Positions 46,056 through 54,606 of a DNA stretch of 64,000 nt are shown piece by piece. Below the pieces are notes generated by a model that saw only the letters and a list, made by a program, of their open reading frames with translations, had not been told where the DNA came from and searched no databases. Both the position numbers and the translations under genes were made by a program. This DNA is from Bacteroidales bacterium (GTDB lineage: Bacteria; Bacteroidota; Bacteroidia; Bacteroidales; 4484-276), in contig DAIRGA010000015.1 of NCBI GenBank assembly GCA_036794825.1, positions 38,590-102,589 on the forward strand. The letters run 5' to 3'. Within the stretch, counting starts at the first letter, position 1. Each line of letters begins with the position of its first letter.

Positions 46056-47171
46056 TCAGTGTTTTCGCATCACGCAGTGAGGTAATTGGTACTCCTGTTT
46101 TTTAATCTGGCAACTGGCACAAAGTTTTGGGTCGCAGCAGGTCATGCAAACGCGTTTGTGTGAAACAAAACTCTCCAGTTGCACATTGGTGGAGAGAAAA
46201 TCCTCCTTCACGGGTTCTTCTTTAATCAGATCGGTGGTGAGGTATTTTTTGTTGGAATCGGAGAAAACGGTAACTACAACAGACTCGCTTCCCAGTAATT
46301 CCTGTGCCTTTAGGGCTCCCAGAAAGTTGGCGCCCGACGAAATTCCCACGCCCAGACCAAGTTCAGCGGATAACTTTTGCGCCATGATAATGGCGTCTCC
46401 ATCGTCAATACTGATTACACTGTCCAGTTTATTAAGTTCGCAGATGGATGGGATAAACTCATCTGAAATGCCCTGAATCCTGTGTTTCCCGACTTTATAA
46501 CCGGTCGAGAGAGTAGGGGAGTTGGAGGGCTCGAGCGGGTAAATTTTGACCGAAGGATTTTGCTCCTTCAGGTACCTGCCCACGCCCATCACCGTGCCGC
46601 CGGTGCCCACACCTGCTACAAATGCATCTGGTGTTACATGGTTGAATTTCAACTGCCACCAGATTTCGGGGCCGGTGGTGTAATAATGCGCATCAGGATT
46701 ATTTTTATTGCTGAACTGCAGCGGTAAGAAGCCATCGTTCTCTTCAGCGGCTTGGTTTGCCATTTCAATGCTTCCCAAAAATCCCCCCTCTTCCTTGCTC
46801 ACCAGCCTGATATCCGCACCCAGCGACCTTATGATGTTCTTCCGCTCATCACTCATCCAATTGGGCATAAAAATATTCACCTTATGGCCCAGTGCCCGGC
46901 CGATGGCGGCAAAAGCAATACCTGTATTTCCGCTGGTGGCCTCATAAATTCCCATCCCCGGCTTCAGGTCGCCACTGATCATCGCCTGCGACAGGATGTA
47001 GTAAGCCATTCTGTCCTTTATACTTCCGGTCATGTTCATGCTTTCGGCTTTGGCAAAAATCCGGCGCTTCTGGTTTTTGTAAGTGAAAAATATCTCCAGC
47101 AGCGGCGTGTTTCCAATGATGCCTTTGAGCGAGGTGATAAGTCTTTTTTCAGGAGCTAATTCTACAATCAT
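46056..47171 (-). CDS. cysK: PLP-dependent cysteine synthase family protein with a ~50-aa Cys-rich C-terminal extension
   Basis: GNTPLLE, the PLP-lysine block [10 protein letters not shown], and [10 protein letters not shown] and GVGTGGT loops. The tail reads ...[33 protein letters not shown]. Confidence 0.8.
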   Translation of the reverse strand: MIVELAPEKRLITSLKGIIGNTPLLEIFFTYKNQKRRIFAKAESMNMTGSIKDRMAYYILSQAMISGDLKPGMGIYEATSGNTGIAFAAIGRALGHKVNIFMPNWMSDERKNIIRSLGADIRLVSKEEGGFLGSIEMANQAAEENDGFLPLQFSNKNNPDAHYYTTGPEIWWQLKFNHVTPDAFVAGVGTGGTVMGVGRYLKEQNPSVKIYPLEPSNSPTLSTGYKVGKHRIQGISDEFIPSICELNKLDSVISIDDGDAIIMAQKLSAELGLGVGISSGANFLGALKAQELLGSESVVVTVFSDSNKKYLTTDLIKEEPVKEDFLSTNVQLESFVSHKRVCMTCCDPKLCASCQIKKQEYQLPHCVMRKH

Positions 47172-47244
47172 GCGAATTCAGTATTTTGTAAATGAGGCAG
47201 TTGAGTTGTAAATAGTTTGAATTTCCATTAGTTAAATTCGAAAT

Positions 47245-47252
47245 CAAAAGTA
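47245..47252 (-). promoter_or_regulatory. Candidate -7 box (TACTTTTG on the minus strand) for the cysK-like gene
   Basis: Plus strand reads caaaagta. It lies 74 nt upstream of ATG 47171. Confidence 0.4.
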
Positions 47253-47393
47253 CAATGATTCTTTGGCGAACATCATTTCAGAGTTAAAAAAAAGATTGAG
47301 CAACAATTGCGGAACGAAGTATTCAAATAATCTGCGGGATTACTGAGCGATTTTTGGTTTTCAGCAAAGTGATGCTTGTTCGGGAGCTTTTTA

Positions 47394-47537
47394 GTCATTG
47401 CCAGAAAACTACTGTTGTTGAAAATCATTGTTGACCCCAACCCAATTGGGAGCAATGATTTTCAACGATTTACTCCCATTTGGGGTGGAGTAAATGAATC
47501 GTTGAAAATCTATTTTGGGGAGTTTTCTGGCAATCAC
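47394..47537. repeat. Nested inverted-repeat element: a 17-bp outer stem enclosing 14-bp and 9-bp hairpins, with three copies of GTTGAAAATC
   Basis: Outer stem: gtcattgccagaaaact (47394-47410) pairs with agttttctggcaatcac (47521-47537), 1 mismatch. Inner hairpin 1: gttgaaaatcattg (47417-47430) pairs with caatgattttcaac (47453-47466). Inner hairpin 2: atttactcc (47468-47476) pairs with ggagtaaat (47487-47495). A third GTTGAAAATC lies at 47501-47510. Confidence 0.85.
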
Positions 47538-47602
47538 TTCTAATTAGCAAAAGCGCTGATTGTTAAAGTTTTACGGTGAATTTAAAAACCAATTCGATGG
47601 AA

Positions 47603-48337
47603 TTATTTTTTTCCGATAATGAAATCAATCCCACTGTTGCATGGAATCCCGCACTTTTGGAATTTGTTGTAGTGCAACGAATCGGTTTCAAAGCTTATTT
47701 GCAGATAGCCGTAACTGCTCCCTCCGCCCCAGTTTGAGTAATGGGTTCCTGAGGGCAGAAATTTTAACCCGTAATTGTTGAATACCTCCGTATCATTGTA
47801 GGTAAAGGTAAAGTCAAGACAAGAATCCTGGCTGCTTAAAGATACTTCAGCCAGAACTTCATTGTAATAATGATTGACCACATACTGCCATTCGCCGTGG
47901 ACCTGCTGCGGTGAGCCAATCCAATGGTGCGACGTCCCTTCAAAACTGCCTGCCCACTTTGAGAGATAGGATTTTACCTCGAGTGAAATTTCAGCCTCCC
48001 CGCTTGCGCCCTGGTTATCGTAAGCAGTGGCCTTAATAACATGAAACCCTTTGCTCTCTTCCGAAAGCAGGTTCCATTCGTAAGTCCAGGGTGATTCAAA
48101 AGCAGTGTGAACGAGCTTTCCGATGTCGGTAAATTCCACCCTGTCAATGGTTCCATCCCTATCAAATGGATCAACAATAAAAACGAGAAGTGTGTCATTA
48201 TCAATCGTCAAATTGGAATCTGGTTGCAAAAAGCTGACTGTAGGTTTTTGATTTTCCTCTTTTTTCTCACAACCAAAAGCTGTTAACAGCAATAAAACCA
48301 AGAGACCGTGAACAAGGCTGATGTTGAAAGTTTTCAT
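47603..48337 (-). CDS. Lipoprotein with an Ig-like domain, unknown function
   Basis: ATG 48337 gives MKTFNISLVHGLLVLLLLTAFGCEKK (lipobox). The Ig-like block reads DRVEFTDIGKLVHTAFESPWTYEWNL...IKATAYDNQGASGEAEISLEV. Confidence 0.6.
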   Translation of the reverse strand: MKTFNISLVHGLLVLLLLTAFGCEKKEENQKPTVSFLQPDSNLTIDNDTLLVFIVDPFDRDGTIDRVEFTDIGKLVHTAFESPWTYEWNLLSEESKGFHVIKATAYDNQGASGEAEISLEVKSYLSKWAGSFEGTSHHWIGSPQQVHGEWQYVVNHYYNEVLAEVSLSSQDSCLDFTFTYNDTEVFNNYGLKFLPSGTHYSNWGGGSSYGYLQISFETDSLHYNKFQKCGIPCNSGIDFIIGKK

Positions 48338-48506
48338 GGCCAAAGTATTGGGTTTGCAGATGCGTGCTTTTCGTTCAGGAACTATTTTTAGCAAATGTAC
48401 TCGAAAAAGAGTACGGTTAGTCTCTACAGTAAATTACAATGACATGCACATACTTGCCTGGCCAATCAAACAATAAATTCAGCAGTCATGAGCTACCGGT
48501 AACATT

Positions 48507-49499
48507 TTACATATCGCCGAAAAGGCTGAATATCATTCGCACGTAGAAGTAGTAACTTGTAGCAAAATCGTTGTAAGGGTCGAGGTTGATGGATTTCCAG
48601 TAAAGTTGCACTCCGGGGTCAATCGAAACGGTTTCGTTGAACATAAACTTAACGCCGCCATTGAGGAAGAGCCCGTAGCCAATACCACCTTGGTAGATAT
48701 TATAGGAAGTAAGATTGGTGTTGGGAACGTAATTTTGGTTGAGATAAATGTCAACGATCGAGTATTCTTGGTTGCCGATCATTATTTCGTTGCTAAGCAC
48801 TTCGGTGCTGTTGAAATGGAAACCGGTTTCGATAAAGACGCTGGTTATCTGACCTGTGCGGTAATATTTGCTGATGCCCAGGTCGATGTTGATGCGCTCC
48901 TCTTCGCCACGAATGTAACCTTGCCTGAGAGCAGGTTCCGAAAATCCGGTGATGGAGTCAATCACAAGTTGAAATATCCCGGTAGTTTTGAGTTTTGCGT
49001 AATTCGACTGAATGAAGATGCCTGTGGTGTTATTGAAATTGTACTTGGCGTAAAACCCAGGCGAAATGGTTGAATTATACTTCAGGTTGAGCGGGTAATA
49101 AATCCACCAGGCAGTATCACCTGATTTCTGGTTATAGCTAGCTGCCCATTCGTTGCCAGCGCCGGTCCACTGAGGATGAGTAGTGTTGGGAAATTTGAGA
49201 ATGTTCCGACTGTTCAGTTCCTGGTAAATGTCGTTGTACCAGTAATAATTATCAAGCACATAGGCGATGTTGTTTTCATTTTCAGGCATCCCGTTATAGA
49301 ACATTGCTGAATTTTTATTCGCAAAATACATCCCCAGGTTAATCCCGAACTGCCATCCAGTGAGGTTGTACTCGCTCCAGTTTTTTTCTTCCGGCGTAAA
49401 GCGAGGCTCTCTTTGCTGCGATTGAACATTTCCTGAAATTAAAAGACTAATCGCCAGACTGAAAAAGAAAATCTGCAGGGTAAAAAGTTTTGTTTTCAA
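48507..49499 (-). CDS. Secreted protein, possibly an outer-membrane beta-barrel; TTG start
   Basis: The start codon at 49499 is TTG, followed directly by the signal peptide KTKLFTLQIFFFSLAISLLISGNVQSQ. Tyr/Asn-rich with alternating pattern. Confidence 0.5.
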   Translation of the reverse strand: MKTKLFTLQIFFFSLAISLLISGNVQSQQREPRFTPEEKNWSEYNLTGWQFGINLGMYFANKNSAMFYNGMPENENNIAYVLDNYYWYNDIYQELNSRNILKFPNTTHPQWTGAGNEWAASYNQKSGDTAWWIYYPLNLKYNSTISPGFYAKYNFNNTTGIFIQSNYAKLKTTGIFQLVIDSITGFSEPALRQGYIRGEEERINIDLGISKYYRTGQITSVFIETGFHFNSTEVLSNEIMIGNQEYSIVDIYLNQNYVPNTNLTSYNIYQGGIGYGLFLNGGVKFMFNETVSIDPGVQLYWKSINLDPYNDFATSYYFYVRMIFSLFGDM

Positions 49500-49527
49500 T
49501 AGGTTGCGTTTTAGATCTGAATGATGG

Positions 49528-49535
49528 CAAAAATA
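49528..49535 (-). promoter_or_regulatory. Candidate -7 box (TATTTTTG on the minus strand)
   Basis: Plus strand reads caaaaata. It lies 29 nt upstream of the TTG start at 49499, which supports that start. Confidence 0.4.
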
Positions 49536-49696
49536 GTTAAACCTCTCAATTTGCTGTTAATATGCTACGATTTAATCAAAGATTTTGCTCAAATAGGGGG
49601 AACAGATTAATTCAAATTTGAGGTTGTAAATCCCTGTTCGAACCTTTTGAAAAAAAAACTTTAGTTTCGTGAGCTCAAAAATTGAGTTATCCGACC

Positions 49697-50863
49697 ATGG
49701 ATTTTTCCAATTTGCAAAAACGATTTCCTGAACTTTATCCTTCATCCGGTGAGGGTTTGGTTTCAGCATTTGCACCGGGTCGCGTCAACCTGATCGGCGA
49801 GCATACCGACTACAATAATGGCTATGTTCTGCCTTGCGCAATTTCGACGGGTACCTGGCTGCTTGCCCGAAAAAATGATGATGGTCTTTTGCGGTTTGCC
49901 TCGCTCAACTTCAACGATTCTGCTGAAATCCCTATTGAAGATGTTTCCGGGAAAAGCAGGGTGAATTGGGTGAATTACCCTCTTGGTGTTATCAATCAGT
50001 TGATTGCAGAAGGGTTAAAACTCTCCGGTCTCGATCTGCTATTTTTTGGGAATATCCCAAACAGTGCTGGGCTATCGTCCTCGGCATCCATCGAAGTAGT
50101 GACAGCCACATTGCTCAACCATGTTTTCGGTCTGGGTATCAACAAAACGGAAATCGTGAAGTTGTCACAAAAAGCTGAGAATGAATTTATTGGTGTCAAT
50201 TGTGGCATCATGGATCAATTTGCGGTAACCATCAACCAGAAAAACCATGCTCTCTTCCTCAATTGCCGCACTCTCGGTTATGAGCTTGTGCCGTTGAAAC
50301 TGGATGGTTACAGGATCGTAATCCTTAACACTGGTAAAACACGTCAACTTGCCGAATCCAAATACAACGAGAGGGTGGCCGAATGTGCCAGGGCGGTGCA
50401 GTATCTGAGTACAATAAAACCCATCTCATCGCTGGGAGAGCTTACTTTCCAGGAGTTCGTCGGCTTTCGGCACATTATCCCAGACATAACCATCCGCAAA
50501 CGGGCTCATCATGTGGTATCAGAAAATCAGCGGGTACTGGATGCCGTTAATGCGTTGAAAAATAATAACCTGCGACTATTTGGCAGCCTGATGAACGCTT
50601 CTCATAACTCCCTGCGTTACAACTATGAAGTGACGGGCGATGAGCTGGATACGATAGTGGAAGCAGCGCGCAACGTGGATGGAGTGCTGGGTGCGAGGAT
50701 GACCGGCGCCGGATTTGGAGGTTGCGCGGTAAGTATAGTTGATGAACAAAACGTTCCTCTCTTCATCCAACAGGTAGCCGAAAGATACACAAGAAAAACC
50801 GGGCTCACCCCTGAGTTTTATGTTAGCGAAACCAATCATGGCGCTTATATTATTCAAGATTAA
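49697..50863 (+). CDS. galK: Galactokinase
   Basis: Signature GRVNLIGEHTDYNNGYVLP and GHMP motif PNSAGLSSSASIEV. ATG at 49697; the track start at 49682 is TTG. Confidence 0.92.
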   Translation: MDFSNLQKRFPELYPSSGEGLVSAFAPGRVNLIGEHTDYNNGYVLPCAISTGTWLLARKNDDGLLRFASLNFNDSAEIPIEDVSGKSRVNWVNYPLGVINQLIAEGLKLSGLDLLFFGNIPNSAGLSSSASIEVVTATLLNHVFGLGINKTEIVKLSQKAENEFIGVNCGIMDQFAVTINQKNHALFLNCRTLGYELVPLKLDGYRIVILNTGKTRQLAESKYNERVAECARAVQYLSTIKPISSLGELTFQEFVGFRHIIPDITIRKRAHHVVSENQRVLDAVNALKNNNLRLFGSLMNASHNSLRYNYEVTGDELDTIVEAARNVDGVLGARMTGAGFGGCAVSIVDEQNVPLFIQQVAERYTRKTGLTPEFYVSETNHGAYIIQD

Positions 50864-50889
50864 TTCTCAAACCAGGACAAAATACCATT

Positions 50890-51705
50890 ATGGGAAATCC
50901 AGATAAAAACAACAACGGCGATAAGCCCAAAAAACTCTCAGAAGAGTTTTACGAAAAAGAACTTGCCAAAATGCAGGTCGAGCTGGTTAAGCTTCAGGAG
51001 TGGGTCAAACTGAAGGGATTGAAGGTGGTAGTAATTTTCGAAGGGCGCGATGCTGCCGGCAAAGGCGGTACCATCAAAAGAATCATCCAAAGCCTAAACC
51101 CCCGCATTTGCAGAGTGGCGGCGCTGGCAACTCCTACCGAGCGGGAAAAGACGCAGTGGTACTTCCAGCGTTATGTTGCTCATCTTCCGGCTGCCGGTGA
51201 AATAGTGCTCTTCGATCGTAGCTGGTATAACCGTGCAGGCGTGGAGCGGGTGCTGGGCTTTTGTACCGAAGATGAGTACTGGGAATTCCTCCGTTCGTGC
51301 CCCCACTTCGAAGCTATGCTCATCCGGTCAGGAATTATTCTGATAAAATACTGGTTTTCAGTAAGTGTGGAAGAGCAGGAAAAGAGATTTCAGGCTCGTA
51401 TTGCCGATCCGACCAAGCGTTGGAAACTTAGTCCTATGGACTTGAAATCGAGAGAGATGTGGGTAGAGTATTCCAAAGCCAAAGATGAAATGTTCTCCTA
51501 TACCGATACGAAAGTTTCGCCCTGGTACGTGGTTCCTTCCGATGATAAAAAGCGTGCCCGCCTCAACTGCATCCATCATTTTTTGAGGATGGTTCCTTAC
51601 GAAGATCTCACCCCCGGCCCGATGACATTACCCGATAGGCCGACAAGTAAAGGCTACGTCAGGCCGCCAATGCATGAGCAGACCTTTGTGCCCGATGTAT
51701 ATTGA
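50890..51705 (+). CDS. ppk2: Polyphosphate kinase 2
   Basis: FEGRDAAGKGGTIKRI (Walker A) and YFQRYVAHLPAAGEIVLFDRSWYNRAGVERV blocks are typical of PPK2. Confidence 0.9.
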   Translation: MGNPDKNNNGDKPKKLSEEFYEKELAKMQVELVKLQEWVKLKGLKVVVIFEGRDAAGKGGTIKRIIQSLNPRICRVAALATPTEREKTQWYFQRYVAHLPAAGEIVLFDRSWYNRAGVERVLGFCTEDEYWEFLRSCPHFEAMLIRSGIILIKYWFSVSVEEQEKRFQARIADPTKRWKLSPMDLKSREMWVEYSKAKDEMFSYTDTKVSPWYVVPSDDKKRARLNCIHHFLRMVPYEDLTPGPMTLPDRPTSKGYVRPPMHEQTFVPDVY

Positions 51706-51807
51706 AAGTTTTTAGTGTAATGATAATCAGATAGTTGAGGGAATTGCGCCAGGATTAGCAGAAAACTGGAGGTGCAAGTATTGAATGAATTTTCAAAAGC
51801 TGGATCA

Positions 51808-54195
51808 ATGGAATATGCGTGTGTGCATTGCGGCGCCGATTGTGGCAAAAGCCCTGTGATTTGGAACGGGAAATCGTTCTGCTGCCACGGGTGTAAGGCC
51901 GTTTATGAGATTTTGAACGAGAAGGAGTTGGGCGAGTATTACCACATACAACCCATGTCGGGGATACGCATCGAGAAACCCCAGCAACTCGAAAAATTTG
52001 CTTTTCTCGATAATCCCGAAATCGCTGGAAAGCTGCTTGATTTCAACGATGGAAATGTTTCGAGGGTTACCTTTTTCATTCCCGCCATCCACTGCGCTTC
52101 GTGCATCTGGCTGCTGGAGCATCTCAATTCGTTGCATCCGGCCATCTCTTACTCGGACGTCAACTTTCCGAAAAAAGAGGTTCATGTTACCTTTCGCAGC
52201 GACCAGCTAACAATCAGGGAGTTGGCCGAACTGCTTGCAGCCATTCATTATATTCCCGAAATCACCCTCGACCGGCTTGAACCCCGAAAAAAATCCAAAA
52301 CGAACCGTGACCTGCTGATCAAAATCGGGATTGCCTCCTTCAGCTTTCTCAACATTATGATGTACAGCTTTCCGGAATATGTGCCCGGTGGCGATCTTTT
52401 GGAGCAGGAATTCAAGCATATCTTCGGATGGCTCAGCTTTTTGCTGATTTTGCCGGTGGTGTTCTACAGCGCATCTGATTATTACCTTTCAGCCTGGAAG
52501 GGTCTGAAGCACAGGATAATAAGCATTGACCTCCCCATAACTCTCGGGGTAGTGGCGCTTTTTCTGCAGAGTAGCTGGGAAGTTTTCAATGGCAATGGCA
52601 TAGGCTATATGGATTCGCTGGCCGGGCTTATTTTTTTTCTGCTTATAGGTAAATGGTACCAGGGCAGAACCTACCAGGCGCTTTCGTTTGAGAGGGATTA
52701 CAAATCCTACTTTCCGGTGGCGATAACCAGGATTGAGGAGGGCAGGCAGGAGATGGTTCCGATAAGCAGCCTGCGCAAAGGCGACCGGATCATGGTTCGG
52801 AACCAGGAGTTGATCCCAGCCGACTCAAGGATTATTAAAGGAAAAGGAAATATTGATTATTCGTTTGTAACCGGCGAAGCGCTGCCTGTTCAGCGTAAAG
52901 AGGGCGATTTTATCTATGCCGGAGGTCGTCAGGTGGGCAGCTCTTTTGAACTTATTGTGGAAAAGGAGGTTGAGCAAAGTTACCTTACCCAGCTTTGGAA
53001 CCAGAAAAGCACAAAAAGCGAGGCATCGCTGCTCCGCAACCATGTGAACCACATCAGCCATTATTTCACCATTATTGTGCTGATAATTGCTTTCACCGCC
53101 TTTTTCTATTGGCTGAAAACCGATTTCGCTACAGCTGTGTATGTTTTTAGTTCAGTGCTGATTATTGCCTGCCCCTGCGCCCTTGCACTCACGGTTCCAT
53201 TCACATTTGGCAGCACGATGCGCGCCTTTGGCCGAAGGGGTTTTTACCTTAAAAAAACCGATGTGATCGAAAATCTCCATCGCACCAACACCATCGTTTT
53301 CGATAAAACCGGCACCATCACCATCAATCGTGAAGTGGATGTGGAGTTTAATGGCAGCTCGCTTTCTGAATCCGAAAGCGGGATGATCCGGTCGCAGGTG
53401 AGCCACTCATCACACCCACTGAGCCAGGCTATTTACAGTTTTCTCGGCCATGCCACATTGATGGAGCCGGATACTTTCGAGGAAATACCCGGAATGGGAA
53501 TTACCGGCAGGGTGAACGGTCTGAGAATCAATATTGGATCACAGCTTTTTGTAAACGGACAGGCTGACGAGTATAACCTTGAGCAAAGCCGGGTTTATGT
53601 GAATATTGACGGCCAGAACCGCGGCTACTTTTCTATTGCCAATGTTTACCGCGATGGATTGAAAGAGGTGATTGCCAGTCTGAGAAGGAGCTTTGATCTG
53701 CACCTCATAACGGGGGATAACGAATCAGAAAAACAGCGACTTAAGGCCATTTTTGGTGATGAAGCCAGTCTGCATTTCAACCAAAGCCCAACCGACAAAA
53801 AGAGCTACATCCGCAATTTGAAAGAAGAGGGCAAAAAAGTGCTGATGATCGGCGATGGATTGAACGATGCAGGGGCGCTCAGCGAAAGCGAAACCGGTCT
53901 GACGGTGGCCGATGACGTCTTCAGCTTTTCACCGGCCTGCGACGCTATTATGACTTCAAAGATGTTTGGCAAACTCGACAGGTTTATCCATTTTACCAAA
54001 CTTAGCTTCGGCGTGGTCAGGGCATCGTTTGTCATCTCACTCATTTACAATATTATAGGACTAAGTTTTGCAGTTACAGCCAATTTATCCCCATTGATCG
54101 CTGCTATTCTCATGCCCGTTAGTTCGATCTCCGTTGTAGCATTCGCCACGCTTTCCATCACCTTTTTAGCCGGAAGGAATTTGCCGCAAGGTTAA
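51808..54195 (+). CDS. ccoI: Copper-translocating P-type ATPase of the CcoI/FixI type
   Basis: Cys-rich N-terminus MEYACVHCGADCGKSPVIWNGKSFCCHGCKAVYEIL, CPC motif IIACPCALAL, phosphorylation site FDKTGTIT and hinge GDGLNDAGAL. The track start at 51772 is GTG. Confidence 0.88.
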   Translation: MEYACVHCGADCGKSPVIWNGKSFCCHGCKAVYEILNEKELGEYYHIQPMSGIRIEKPQQLEKFAFLDNPEIAGKLLDFNDGNVSRVTFFIPAIHCASCIWLLEHLNSLHPAISYSDVNFPKKEVHVTFRSDQLTIRELAELLAAIHYIPEITLDRLEPRKKSKTNRDLLIKIGIASFSFLNIMMYSFPEYVPGGDLLEQEFKHIFGWLSFLLILPVVFYSASDYYLSAWKGLKHRIISIDLPITLGVVALFLQSSWEVFNGNGIGYMDSLAGLIFFLLIGKWYQGRTYQALSFERDYKSYFPVAITRIEEGRQEMVPISSLRKGDRIMVRNQELIPADSRIIKGKGNIDYSFVTGEALPVQRKEGDFIYAGGRQVGSSFELIVEKEVEQSYLTQLWNQKSTKSEASLLRNHVNHISHYFTIIVLIIAFTAFFYWLKTDFATAVYVFSSVLIIACPCALALTVPFTFGSTMRAFGRRGFYLKKTDVIENLHRTNTIVFDKTGTITINREVDVEFNGSSLSESESGMIRSQVSHSSHPLSQAIYSFLGHATLMEPDTFEEIPGMGITGRVNGLRINIGSQLFVNGQADEYNLEQSRVYVNIDGQNRGYFSIANVYRDGLKEVIASLRRSFDLHLITGDNESEKQRLKAIFGDEASLHFNQSPTDKKSYIRNLKEEGKKVLMIGDGLNDAGALSESETGLTVADDVFSFSPACDAIMTSKMFGKLDRFIHFTKLSFGVVRASFVISLIYNIIGLSFAVTANLSPLIAAILMPVSSISVVAFATLSITFLAGRNLPQG

Positions 54196-54256
54196 TCTTT
54201 TTACAGAAAAGTCAACTCTACTTTTCCATTTTTCCAAAGATTTGTAACATACTGTT

Positions 54257-54272
54257 TTCTATTGCAATAGAA
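54257..54272. promoter_or_regulatory. Perfect 16-bp palindrome TTCTATTGCAATAGAA (possible operator)
   Basis: Read directly from the sequence. It lies 62 nt after the ccoI stop and 335 nt before ATG 54607. Confidence 0.3.
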
Positions 54273-54489
54273 TGATAAAAAGCCACTCAACAGAACTGAG
54301 GTTGCGTGGAGTGAATCCTTGAGCAGGTTTTATTACAATTCGTTTTCATTAAAAAGAGGAGGCTTAACCTGTAAAAGGCCCCAGAGAGTCACTTTCAGAT
54401 AATTGTTGTCCGATTAATAGGGGGCTAAGCCAAATTGAACTCAAAAAAAAGTATTTTCATTTTTAAGTTGAGCGTGAGTTTATTTGACA

Positions 54490-54497
54490 TAGTTTTG
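54490..54497 (+). promoter_or_regulatory. Candidate -7 box TAGTTTTG for the FISUMP-repeat gene
   Basis: Fits TAnnTTTG. It lies 110 nt upstream of ATG 54607. Confidence 0.3.
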
Positions 54498-54606
54498 CTA
54501 AGTCAAAAAGTTAATGACTTTCCCATCCAAAGCCATTGAGACTATTGTCATTCAGGCGCTCTCAGTTCATAAATCATTAAATTTTTATCTCTAAATCATT
54601 TTTGCA

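Noticed and set aside
47273-47455. 60-aa minus-strand ORF running through the nested inverted repeat. I also considered that the repeat is a riboswitch or leader of the cysK-like gene.
   Set aside because: The ORF sequence is dictated by the palindromes and has no features. The best promoter-like box for cysK (47245-47252) lies downstream of the element, so the element would not be in the cysK leader unless another promoter exists. I recognised no known riboswitch consensus (SAM or others).
48397-48414. Perfect hairpin gtactc-gaaaaa-gagtac between the two hypothetical minus-strand genes.
   Set aside because: The stem is short (6 bp) and AT-moderate, with no following T-run on the minus strand. 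It may be a weak terminator, but the evidence is insufficient to call a feature.
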